A DNA stretch of 64,000 nucleotides from Eledone cirrhosa (Eukaryota): positions 29,760,001 to 29,824,000 of the forward strand of contig OZ024760.1 in the NCBI GenBank assembly GCA_964016885.1. The letters are read 5' to 3'. The translations under genes were made by a program, and so were the position numbers. Positions 1 to 12,301 of this stretch are shown here, one piece after another. The notes below the pieces were generated by a model. The model made no database searches. It was not told the origin of the DNA and saw only the letters and a list, made by a program, of their open reading frames with translations. Numbering within the stretch: the stretch's first letter is position 1; every line of letters starts with the position of its first letter.

Positions 1-1815
1 TGTGTAATGTAATGTAATGTAATGTGTAATGTAATGTAATGTAATGTAATATAATGTAATGTAATGTAATGTAATGTAATGTAACGTGTAATGTAATGTG
101 TAATGTAATGTAATGTAATGTAATTTAATGTGTAATGTAACGTAATGTAATGTGTAATGTAATGTAATGTGTAATGTAATGTAATGTAATGTAATGTAAT
201 GTGTAATGTAATGTAATGTAATGTAATATAATGTAATGTAATGTAATGTAATGTGTAATGTAATGTAATGTAATGTAATGTAATGTAGTGTGTAATGTAA
301 TGTAATGTAATGTAATGTACTGTAATGTGTAATGTAATGTAATGTAATGTGTAATGTAATGTAATGTAATATAATGTAATGTAATGTGCAATCTAATGTA
401 ATGTAATGTAATGTGTAATGTAATGTAATGTAGTGTGTAATGTAATGTAATGTAATGTAATATAATGTAATGTAACGTAATGTAATGTAATGTAATGTAA
501 TGTAATGTGTAATGTAATGTAATGTAATGTAATGTAATGTAATGTAATGTAATGTAATGTAATGTAATATAATATAATGTGTAATGTAATGTAATGTGTA
601 ATGTAATGTAATGTAATGTAATGTAACGTAATTTAATGTAATCTAATGTAATATAATGTAATTTGTAATGTAATGTAATGTGTAATGTAATGTAATGTAA
701 TGTGTAATGTAATGCAATGTAATGTCATGTAATGTGTAATGTAGTGTAATGTAATGTAATGTAATGTAATGTAATGTAATGTGTAATGTAATGTGTAATG
801 TAATGTAATGTAATGTAATGTAATGTAAAGTAATATATGTAATGTAATGTAATGTAATGTAATGTAATGTAATCTAATGTAATGTAATGTAATGTAATGT
901 GTAATGTAATGTAATGTAATGTAATGTAATCTGTAATGTAATGTAATGTGTAATGTAATGTAATGTAATGTGTAATGTAACGTAATGTGTAATGTAATGT
1001 AATGTGTAATGTAATGTAATGTAATATAATATAATGTAATGTAATGTAACGTGTAATGTAATGTAATGTAATGTAATGTGTAATGTAATGTAATGTAATG
1101 TAATGTAATGTAATGTGTAATGTAATGTAATGTAATGTGAAATGTAATGTAATGTAATGTAACGTGTAATTTAATGTAATGTAATGTGTAATGTAATGTA
1201 ATGTAATGTAATGTAATGTGTAATGTAATGTAATGTAATGTAATGTAGTGTGTAATGTAATGTAATGTAATGTAATGTGTAATGTAATGTAATGTAATGT
1301 AATGTGTAATGTAATGTAATGTAATGTAATGTAATGTGTAATGTAATGTAATGTGTAATGTGTAATGTAATGTAATGTAATGTAATATAATGTAATGTAA
1401 TGTAATGTAATGTAATGTGTAATGAAATGTAATGTAATGTAATGTGTAATGTAATGGAATGTGTAAGGTAATGTAATGTAATGTAATGTAATGTGTAATG
1501 TAATGTAATGTAATGTAATGTGTAATGTAATGTAATGTAATGTAATGTAATGTAATGTGTAATGTAATGTAATGTAATGTGTAATGTAATGTAATGTAAC
1601 TTGTAATGTAATGTAATGTAATGTAATGTGTAATGTAATGTAATGTAATGGAATGTGTAATGTAATGTGTAGTGTAATGTAATGTAATGTGTAATGTAAT
1701 GTAATGTATTGTAATGTAATGTAATTGTTTCTAATTTAGGCAGCAATTACCCTGTGCATTACTGGTACTTTATTTTATCGACCCCGTAAGGATGAAAAGC
1801 AAAGTCAACCTCGGT

Positions 1816-1828
1816 GGGATTTGAACTC
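1816..1828 (-). promoter_or_regulatory. RNA polymerase III B box (example from copy 1)
   Basis: GAGTTCAAATCCC matches the GTTCRANNC consensus, lies about 50 bp downstream of the A box and is intact in all 12 full copies. Confidence 0.88.
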
Positions 1829-1879
1829 AGATCGTAAAGGGACGTAACTATGCTGGAAAGCATGGCGTCCGACCCTCTA

Positions 1880-1891
1880 CCGATACTGCCA
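1880..1891 (-). promoter_or_regulatory. RNA polymerase III type-2 promoter A box (example from copy 1)
   Basis: TGGCAGTATCGG begins at position 11 of the element and fits a TRGCNNA..GG A box. It is present in all full copies and mutated to TCGC in the copy at 9804-9979. Confidence 0.8.
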
Positions 1892-3762
1892 ATCCACCGC
1901 CGTTTGTAATGTAATGTAATGTAATGTAATTTTTAATGTAACGTAATGTAATTTAATGTAATGTAATGTGTAACGTAATGTAATGTAATGAAAATGTAAT
2001 GTAATGTGTAATGTAATGTGTAATGTAATGTGTAATGTAATGTAATGTAATGTGTAATGTAATGTAATGTAATGTAATATAATGTAATGTAATGTAATGT
2101 AATGTAATGTAACGTGTAATGTAATGTGTAATGTAATGTAATGTAATGTAATTTAATGTGTAATGTAACGTAATGTAATGTGTAATGTAATGTAATGTGT
2201 AATGTAATGTAATGTAATGTAATGTAATGTAATGTGTAATGTAATGTAATGTAATGTAATATAATGTAATGTAATGTAATGTAATGTGTAATGTAATGTA
2301 ATGTAATGTAATGTAGTGTGTAATGTAATGTAATGTAATGTAATGTACTATAATGTGTAATGTAAGGTAATGTAATGTGTAATGTAATGTAATGTAATAT
2401 AATGTAATGTAATGTGCAATCTAATGTAATGTAATGTAATGTGTAATGTAATGTAATGTAGTGTGTAATGTAATGTAATGTAATGTTATATAATGTAATG
2501 TAATGTAATGTAATGTAATGTAATGTAATGTGTAATGTAATGTAATGTAATGTAATGTAATGTAATGTAATGTAATGTAATGTAATGTAATATAATATAA
2601 TGTGTAATGTAATGTAATGTGTAATGTAATGTAATGTAATGTAATGTAACGTAATTTAATGTAATGTAATGTAATATAATGTAATTTGTAATGTAATGTA
2701 ATGTGTAATGTAATGTAATGTAATGTGTAATGTAATGTAATGTAATGTCATGTAATGTGTAATGTAGTGTAATGTAATGTAATGTAATGTAATGTAATGT
2801 AATGTGTAATGTAATGTGTAATGTAATGTAATGTAATGTAATGTAATGTAAAGTAATATATGTAATGTAATGTAATGTAATGTAATGTAATCTAATGTAA
2901 TGTAATGTAATGTAATGTGTAATGTAATGTAATGTAATGTAATGTAATCTGTAATGTAATGTAATGTGTAATGTAATGTAATGTAATGTGTAATGTAACG
3001 TAATGTGTAATGTAATGTAATGTGTAATGTAATGTAATGTAATATAATATAATGTAATGTAATGTAACGTGTAATGTAATGTAATGTAATGTAATGTGTA
3101 ATGTAATGTAATGTAATGTAATGTAATGTAATGTGTAATGTAATGTAATGTAATGTGAAATGTAATGTAATGTAATGTAACGTGTAATTTAATGTAATGT
3201 AAGTGTAATGTAATGTAATGTAATGTAATGTAATGTAATGTAATGTGTAATGTAATGTAATGTAATGTAATGTAGTGTGTAATGTAATGTAATGTAATGT
3301 AATGTGTAATGTAATGTAATGTAATGTAATGTGTAATGTAATGTAATGTAATGTAATGTAATGTAATGTAATGTGTAATGTAATGTAATGTGTAATGTGT
3401 AATGTAATGTAATGTAATGTAATATAATGTAATGTAATGTAATGTAATGTAATGTGTAATGAAATGTAATGTAATGTAATGTGTAATGTAATGTAATGTG
3501 TAAGGTAATGTAATGTAATTTTATGTAATGTGTAATGTAATGTAATGTAATGTAATGTGTAATGTAATGTAATGTAATGTAATGTAATGTAATGTGTAAT
3601 GTAATGTAATATAATGTGTAATGTAATGTAATGTAACTTGTAATGTAATGTAATGTAATGTAATGTGTAATGTAATGTAATGTAATGGAATGTGTAATGT
3701 AATGTGTAGTGTAATGTAATGTAATGTGTAATGTAATGTAATGTATTGTAATGTAATGTAAT

Positions 3763-3938
3763 TGTTTCTAATTTAGGCAGCAATTACCCTGTGCATTACT
3801 GGTACTTTATTTTATCGACCCCGTAAGGATGAAAAGCAAAGTCAACCTCGGTGGGATTTGAACTCAGATCGTAAAGGGACGTAACTATGCTGGAAAGCAT
3901 GGCGTCCGACCCTCTACCGATACTGCCAATCCACCGCC
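3763..3938 (-). mobile_element. SINE copy 2 (lineage A, deleted form)
   Basis: Same sequence and same flanks as copy 1, located 2037 bp away. Confidence 0.9.
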
Positions 3939-4037
3939 GTTTGTAATGTAATGTAATGTAATGTAATTTTTAATGTAACGTAATGTAATTTAATGTAATG
4001 TAATGTGTAACGTAATGTAATGTAATGAAAATGTAAT

Positions 4038-4081
4038 TGTTTCTACTTTTGGCACAAGGCCAGCAATTACCCAGTGCATTA
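4038..4081 (-). mobile_element. 5'-truncated SINE fragment (3'-terminal 44 bp, lineage B-like)
   Basis: TGTTTCTACTTTTGGCACAAGGCCAGCAATTACCCAGTGCATTA matches the 3' end of the copies at 10792 and 60762, not the adjacent lineage A copy. Confidence 0.88.
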
Positions 4082-6970
4082 GTAATGTAATGTAATGTAA
4101 TGTAATGTAATGTTTAATGTAGTATAATGTAATGTAATGTAATGTAATGTAATGTAATGTAATGTTTAATGTAATGTAATGTAATGTAATGTAATTTTGA
4201 ATGTAATGTAATGTAATGTAATGTAATGTAATGTAATGTAATGTAATGTAGTGTAATGTAATGAAATGTAATGTAATGTGTAATGTAATGTAATGTAATG
4301 TAATGTAATGTAATGTAATGTGTAATGTAATGTAATGTAATGTAATGTGTAATGAGATGTAATGTAATGTAATGTAATGTATTGTTTAATGTAATGTAAT
4401 GTGTAATATAATGTAATATAATGTAATGTGTAATGTAATGTAATATAATGTAATGTAATGTGTAATGTAATGTAATGTAATGTAATGTAATGTAATGTGT
4501 AATGTAATGTAATGTAATTTAATTTAATTTAATGTAATGTAATGTAATGTAATGTAATGTAATGTAATGTAATGTAATGTAATGTAATGTAATGTAATAT
4601 AATGTAATGTAACGTAATGTAATGTGTAATGTAATGTAATGTAATGTAATGTAATGTAATGTAATGTAATGTTTAATGAGATGTAATGTAATGTAATGTA
4701 ATGTTTAATGTAATGTAACGTGTAATATAATGTAATGTAATGTAATGTGTAATGTAATGTAATATAATGTAATGTAATGTAATGTAATGTAACGTGTAAT
4801 GTAATGTGTAATGTAATGTAATGTAATGTAATTTAATGTGTAATGTAACGTAATGTAATGTGTAATGTAATGTAATGTGTAATGTAATGTAATGTAATGT
4901 AATGTAATGTAATGTGTAATGTAATGTAATGTAATGTAATATAATGTAATGTAATGTAATGTGTAATGTAATGTAATGTAATGTAATGTAGTGTGTAATG
5001 TAATGTAATGTAATGTAATGTACTGTAATGTGTAATGTAAGGTAATGTAATGTGTAATGTAATGTAATGTAATATAATGTAATGTAATGTGCAATCTAAT
5101 GTAATGTAATGTAATGTGTAATGTAATGTAATGTAGTGTGTAATGTAATGTAATGTAATGTAATATAATGTAATGTAATGTAATGTAATGTAATGTGTAA
5201 TGTAATGTAATGTAATGTAATGTAATGTAATGTAATGTAATATAATGTAATGTAATGTGCAATCTAATGTAATGTAATGTAATGTGTAATGTAATGTAAT
5301 GTAATGTAATATAATGTAATGTAATGTAATGTAATGTAATGTAACGTGTAATGTAATGTGTAATGTAATGTAATGTAATGTAATTTAATGTGTAATGTAA
5401 CGTAATGTAATGTGTAATGTAATGTAATGTGTAATGTAATGTAATGTAATGTAATGTAATGTAATGTGTAATGTAATGTAATGTAATGTAATATAATGTA
5501 ATGTAATGTAATGTAATGTGTAATGTAATGTAATGTAATGTAATGTAGTGTGTAATGTAATGTAATGTAATTTAATGTACTATAATGTGTAATGTAAGGT
5601 AATGTAATGTGTAATGTAATGTAATGTAATATAATGTAATGTAATGTGCAATCTAATGTAATGTAATGTAATGTGTAATGTAATGTAATGTAGTGTGTAA
5701 TGTAATGTAATGTAATGTTATATAATGTAATGTAATGTAATGTAATGTAATGTAATGTAATGTGTAATGTAATGTAATGTAATGTAATGTAATGTAATGT
5801 AATGTAATGTAATATAATATAATGTGTAATGTAATGTAATGTGTAATGTAATGTAATGTAATGTAATGTAACGTAATTTAATGTAATGTAATGTAATATA
5901 ATGTAATTTGTAATGTAATGTAATGTGTAATGTAATGTAATGTAATGTGTAATGTAATGTAATGTAATGTCATGTAATGTGTAATGTAGTGTAATGTAAT
6001 GTAATGTAATGTAATGTAATGTGTAATGTAATGTGTAATGTAATGTAATGTAATGTAATGTAATGTAAAGTAATATATGTAATGTAATGTAATGTAATGT
6101 AATGTAATCTAATGTAATGTAATGTAATGTAATGTGTAATGTAATGTAATGTAATGTAATGTAATCTGTAATGTAATGTAATGTGTAATGTAATGTAATG
6201 TAATGTGTAATGTAACGTAATGTGTAATGTAATGTAATGTGTAATGTAATGTAATGTAATATAATATAATGTAATGTAATGTAACGTGTAATGTAATGTA
6301 ATGTAATGTAATGTGTAATGTAATGTAATGTAATGTAATGTAATGTAATGTGTAATGTAATGTAATGTAATGTGAAATGTAATGTAATGTAATGTAACGT
6401 GTAATTTAATGTAATGTAATGTGTAATGTAATGTAATGTAATGTAATGTAATGTGTAATGTAATGTAATGTAATGTAATGTAGTGTGTAATGTAATGTAA
6501 TGTAATGTAATGTGTAATGTAATGTAATGTAATGTAATGTGTAATGTAATGTAATGTAATGTAATGTAATGTAATGTAATGTGTAATGTAATGTAATGTG
6601 TAATGTGTAATGTAATGTAATGTAATGTAATATAATGTAATGTAATGTAATGTAATGTAATGTGTAATGAAATGTAATGTAATGTAATGTGTAATGTAAT
6701 GTAATGTGTAAGGTAATGTAATGTAATTTTATGTAATGTGTAATGTAATGTAATGTAATGTGTAATGTAATGTAATGTAATGTAATGTAATGTAATGTAA
6801 TGTGTAATGTAATGTAATATAATGTGTAATGTAATGTAATGTAACTTGTAATGTAATGTAATGTAATGTAATGTGTAATGTAATGTAATGTAATGGAATG
6901 TGTAATGTAATGTGTAGTGTAATGTAATGTAATGTGTAATGTAATGTAATGTATTGTAATGTAATGTAAT

Positions 6971-7146
6971 TGTTTCTAATTTAGGCAGCAATTACCCTGT
7001 GCATTACTGGTACTTTATTTTATCGACCCCGTAAGGATGAAAAGCAAAGTCAACCTCGGTGGGATTTGAACTCAGATCGTAAAGGGACGTAACTATGCTG
7101 GAAAGCATGGCGTCCGACCCTCTACCGATACTGCCAATCCACCACC
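6971..7146 (-). mobile_element. SINE copy 3 (lineage A, deleted form)
   Basis: Same as copy 1 except CCACC for CCGCC at the element 5' end. Flanks are the same. Confidence 0.9.
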
Positions 7147-9803
7147 GTTTGTAATGTAATGTAATGTAATGTAATTTTTAATGTAACGTAATGTAATTTA
7201 ATGTAATGTAATGTGTAACGTAATGTAATGTAATGAAAATGTAATGTAATGTGTAATGTAATGTGTAATGTAATGTGTAATGTAATGTAATGTAATGTGT
7301 AATGTAATGTAATGTAATGTAATGTAATGTAATGTTTAATGTAGTATAATGTAATGTAATGTAATGTAATGTAATGTAATGTAATGTTTAATGTAATGTA
7401 ATGTAATGTAATGTAATTTTGAATGTAATGTAATGTAATGTAATGTAATGTGATGTAATGTAATGTAATGTAGTGTAATGTAATGAAATGTAATGTAATG
7501 TGTAATGTAATGTAATGTAATGTAATGTAATGTAATGTAATGTGTAATGTAATGTAATGTAATGTAATGTGTAATGAGATGTAATGTAATGTAATGTAAT
7601 GTATTGTTTAATGTAATGTAATGTGTAATATAATGTAATATAATGTAATGTGTAATGTAATGTAATATAATGTAATGTAATGTGTAATGTAATGTAATGT
7701 AATGTAATGTAATGTAATGTGTAATGTAATGTAATGTAATTTAATTTAATTTAATGTAATGTAATGTAATGTAATGTAATGTAATGTAATGTAATGTAAT
7801 GTAATGTAATGTAATGTAACGTAATGTAATGTGTAATGTAATGTAATGTAATGTAATGTAATGTAATGTAATGTAATGTAATGTTTAATGAGATGTAATG
7901 TAATGTAATGTAATGTTTAATGTAATGTAACGTGTAATATAATGTAATGTAATGTAATGTGTAATGTAATGTAATATAATGTAATGTAATGTAATGTAAT
8001 GTAACGTGTAATGTAATGTGTAATGTAATGTAATGTAATGTAATTTAATGTGTAATGTAACGTAATGTAATGTGTAATGTAATGTAATGTGTAATGTAAT
8101 GTAATGTAATGTAATGTAATGTAATGTGTAATGTAATGTAATGTAATGTAATATAATGTAATGTAATGTAATGTGTAATGTAATGTAATGTAATGTAATG
8201 TAGTGTGTAATGTAATGTAATGTAATGTAATGTACTGTAATGTGTAATGTAAGGTAATGTAATGTGTAATGTAATGTAATGTAATATAATGTAATGTAAT
8301 GTGCAATCTAATGTAATGTAATGTAATGTGTAATGTAATGTAATGTAGTGTGTAATGTAATGTAATGTAATGTAATATAATGTAATGTAATGTAATGTAA
8401 TGTAATGTGTAATGTAATGTAATGTAATGTAATGTAATGTAATGTAATGTAATATAATGTAATGTAATGTGCAATCTAATGTAATGTAATGTAATGTGTA
8501 ATGTAGTGTAATGTAGTGTGTAATGTAATGTAATGTAATGTAATATAATGTAATGTAATGTAATGTAATGTAATGTGTAATGTAATGTAATGTAATGTAA
8601 TGTAACGTAATTTAATGAAATGTAATGTAATGTAATGTAATTTGTAATGTAATGTAATGTGTAATGTAATGTAATGTAATGTAATGTGTAATGTAATGTA
8701 ATGTAATGTCATGTAATGTGTAATGTAGTGTAATGTAATGTAATGTAATGTAATGTAATGTAATGTGTAATGTAATGTGTAATGTAATGTAATGTAATGT
8801 AATGTAACGTAATATATGTAATGTAATGTAATGTATTGTAATGTAATCTAATGTAATGTAATGTAATGTGTAATGTAATGTAATGTAATGTAATGTGTAA
8901 TGTAATGTAATGTGTAATGTAATGTAATGTAATGTAATGTAATGTGTAATGTAATGTAATGTAATGTGTAATGTAACGTAATGTGTAATGTAATGTAATG
9001 TGTAATGTAATGTAATGTAATATAATATAATGTAATGTAATGTAACGTGTAATGTAATGTAATGTAATGTAATGTAATGTGTAATGTTATGTAATGTAAT
9101 GTAATGTAATGTGTAATGTAATGTAATGTAATGTGAAATGTAATGTAATGTAATGTAACGTGTAATTTAATGTAATGTAATGTGTAATGTAATGTAATGT
9201 GTAATGTAATGTAATGTAATGTAGTGTGTAATGTAATGTAATGTAATGTGTAATGTAATGTAATGTGTAATGTAATGTAATGTAATGTAATGTAATGTAA
9301 CGTAATGTGTAATGTAATGTAATGTGTAATGTGTAATGTAATATAATGTAATATAATGTAATGTAATGTGTAATGAAATGTAATGTAATGTAATGTGTAA
9401 TGTAATGTAATGTGTAAGGTAATGTAATGTAATGTGTAATGTAATGTAATGTAATGTAATGTGTAATGTAATTTAATGTAATGTAATGTGTAATGTAATG
9501 TAATGTGTAATGTAATGTAATGTAATGTAATGTAATGTGTAATGTAATGTAATGTGTAATGTGTAATGTAATGTAATGTAATGTAATATAATGTAATGTA
9601 ATGTAATGTAATGTAATGTGTAATGAAATGGAATGTAATGTAATGTGTAATGTAATGTAATGTGTAAGGTAATGTAACGTGTAATGTAATGTAATGTAAT
9701 GTAATTTGTAATGTAATGTAATGTAATGGAATGTGTAATGTAATGTGTAGTGTAATGTAATGTAATGTGTAACGTAATGTAATGTATTGTAATGTAATGT
9801 AAT

Positions 9804-9979
9804 TGTTTCTAATTTAGGTAGCAATTACCCTGTGCATTACTGGTACTTTATTTTATCGACCCCGTAAGGATGAAAAGCAAAGTCAACCTCGGTGGGATTT
9901 GAACTCAGATCGTAAAGGGACGTAACTATGCTGGAAAGCATGGCGTCCGACCCTCTACCGATACTGCGAATCCACCGCC
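9804..9979 (-). mobile_element. SINE copy 4 (lineage A, deleted form, A-box mutation)
   Basis: Same as copy 1 with AGGTAGC and ACTGCGAAT substitutions. Immediate flanks are the same. Confidence 0.9.
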
Positions 9980-10791
9980 GTTTGTAATGTAATGTAATGT
10001 AATGTAATGTAATGTAATGTAATGTTTAATGTAATGTAATGTAATGTAATGTGTAATGTAATGTAATGTAATGAAAATGTAATGTAATGTGTAATGTAAT
10101 GTGTAATGTAATGTAATGTAATGTTTAATGTAGTGTAATGTAATGTAATGTAATGTAATGTAATGTAATGTTTAATGTAATGTAATGTAATGTAATGTAA
10201 TTTTGAATGTAATGTAATGTAATGTAATGTAATGTAATGTAATGTAATGTAATGTAATGAAATGTAATGTAATGTGTAATGTAATGTAATGTGTAATGTA
10301 ATGTAATGTAATGTAATGTGTAATGAGATGTAATGTAATGTAATGTATTGTTTAATGTAATGTAATGTAATGTAATGTGTAATGTAATGTAATATAATGT
10401 AATGTGTAATGTAATGTAATGTAATGTAATGTAATGTAATGTGTAATGTAATGTAATGTAATGTAATGTAATGTAATGTAATGTGTAATGTAATGTAATG
10501 TAATGTAATGTAATGTTTAATGAGATGTAATGTAATGTAATGTAATGTTTAATGTAATGTAACGTGTAATATAATGTAATGTAATGTAATGTGTAATGTA
10601 ATGTAATGTAACGTGTAATGTAATGTGTAATGTAATGTAATTTAATGTGTAATGTAACGTAATGTAATGTGTAATGTAATGTAATGTGTAATGTAATGTA
10701 ATGTAATGTAATGTGTAATGTAATGTAATGTAATGTAATGTAATATAATGTAATGTAATGTAATGTGTAATATAATGTAATGTAATATAAT

Positions 10792-10976
10792 TGTTTCTAC
10801 TTTTGGCACAAGGCCAGCAATTACCCAGTACATTACTGGTACTTTATTTTATCGACCCCGTAAGGATGAAAGGCAAAGTTAACCTCGGCGGGATTTGAAC
10901 TCAGACCGCAAAGGGTCGTAATTATGCTGGAAAGCATGGCGTCCGACTCTCTACCGATACTGCCAATCCACCGCCC
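10792..10976 (-). mobile_element. SINE copy 5 (lineage B, full length, independent insertion with 19 bp TSD)
   Basis: Diagnostic variants are CTACTTTTGGCACAAGGCCAGC, GAAAGGC, CTCGGCGGG and GACCGCAAAGGGTCGTAATT. It is flanked by TAATGTAATGTAATATAAT at 10773-10791 and 10977-10995. Confidence 0.92.
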
Positions 10977-12125
10977 TAATGTAATGTAATATAATGTAAT
11001 GTAATGTGCAATCTAATGTAATGTAATGTAATGTGTAATGTAATGTAATGTAGTGTGTAATATAATGTAATGTAATGTAATATAATGTAATGTAATGTAA
11101 TGTAATGTAATGTAATGTGTAATGTAATGTAATGTAATGTAATGTAACGTAATTTAATGTAATGTAATGTAATGTAATGTAATTTGTAATGTAATGTAAT
11201 GTGTAATGTAATGTAATGTAATGTGTAATGTAATGTAATGTAATGTCATGTAATGTGTAATGTAGTGTAATGTAATGTAATGTAATGTAATGTAATGTAA
11301 TGTGTAATGTAATGTGTAATGTAATGTAATGTAATGTAAAGTAATATATGTAATGTAATGTAATGTAATGTAATGTGTAATGTAATGTAATGTGTAATGT
11401 AATGTAATGTAATGTAATGTAATGTAATGTGTAATGTAATGTAATGTACTGTGTAATGTAACGTAATGTGTAATGTAATGTAATGTGTAATGTAATGTAA
11501 TGTAATATAATATAATGTAATGTAATGTAACGTGTAATGTAATGTAATGTAATGTAATGTAATGTGTAATGTAATGTAATGTAATGTAATGTAATGTAAT
11601 GTGTAATGTAATGTAATGTAATGTGAAATGTAATGTAATATAACGTGTAATTTAATGTAATGTAATGTGTAATGTAATGTAATGTAATGTAATGTAATGT
11701 GTAATGTAATGTAATGTAATGTAATGTAGTGTGTAATGTAATGTAATGTAATGTAATGTGTAATGTAATGTAATGTAATGTAATGTAATGTGTAATGTAA
11801 TGTAATGTGTAATGTGTAATGTAATGTAATGTAATGTAATATAATGTAATGTAATGTAATGTAATGTAATGTGTAAGGTAATGTAATGTAATGTAATGTA
11901 ATGTGTAATGTAATGTAATGTAATGTAATGTGTAATGTAATGTAATGTAATGTAATGTGTAATGTAATGTAATGTAATGTGTAATGTAATGTAATGTAAT
12001 TTGTAATGTAATGTAATGTAATGTAATGTGTAATGTAATGTAATGTAATGGAATGTGTAATGTAATGTGTAGTGTAATGTAATGTAATGTGTAATGTAAT
12101 GTAATGTATTGTAATGTAATGTAAT

Positions 12126-12301
12126 TGTTTCTAATTTAGGCAGCAATTACCCTGTGCATTACTGGTACTTTATTTTATCGACCCCGTAAGGATGAAAAGC
12201 AAAGTCAACCTCGGTGGGATTTGAACTCAGATCGTAAAGGGACGTAACTATGCTGGAAAGCATGGCGTCCGACCCTCAACCGATACTGCCAATCCACCGC
12301 C
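12126..12301 (-). mobile_element. SINE copy 6 (lineage A, deleted form)
   Basis: Same as copy 1 with a CTCAACC substitution. Flanks are the same. Confidence 0.9.

Larger units (their letters stand above)
1726..1901 (-). mobile_element. tRNA-derived SINE, copy 1 (lineage A, 8 bp-deleted form, 176 bp)
   Basis: Minus strand reads GGCGGTGGAT-TGGCAGTATCGG (A box)...GAGTTCAAATCCC (B box)...TTCATCCTTACGGGGTCGATAAAATAAAGTACCAG...TAGAAACA then (ATTAC)n. It is flanked by TTGTAATGTAATGTAAT at 1709-1725 and 1904-1920. Confidence 0.9.

Noticed and set aside
1701-1730. Satellite is simply the expanded 3' tail of each SINE copy
   Set aside because: Satellite lies on both sides of every copy, TSDs abut the element end directly and empty sites exist, so these copies inserted into a pre-existing array. 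An ancient tail origin of the satellite cannot be excluded from this window.
1805-1901. Functional tRNA gene cluster
   Set aside because: A and B boxes and an acceptor-like stem exist, but there is no clear anticodon arm and no downstream terminator. The unit has a non-tRNA body, tail, TSDs and a truncated copy, all typical of a SINE.
4671-4685. TAATGAGAT (TAATGARAT Oct-1/VP16-type element) recurring in the array
   Set aside because: It is explained as a doubly mutated monomer propagated by duplication and has no promoter context.
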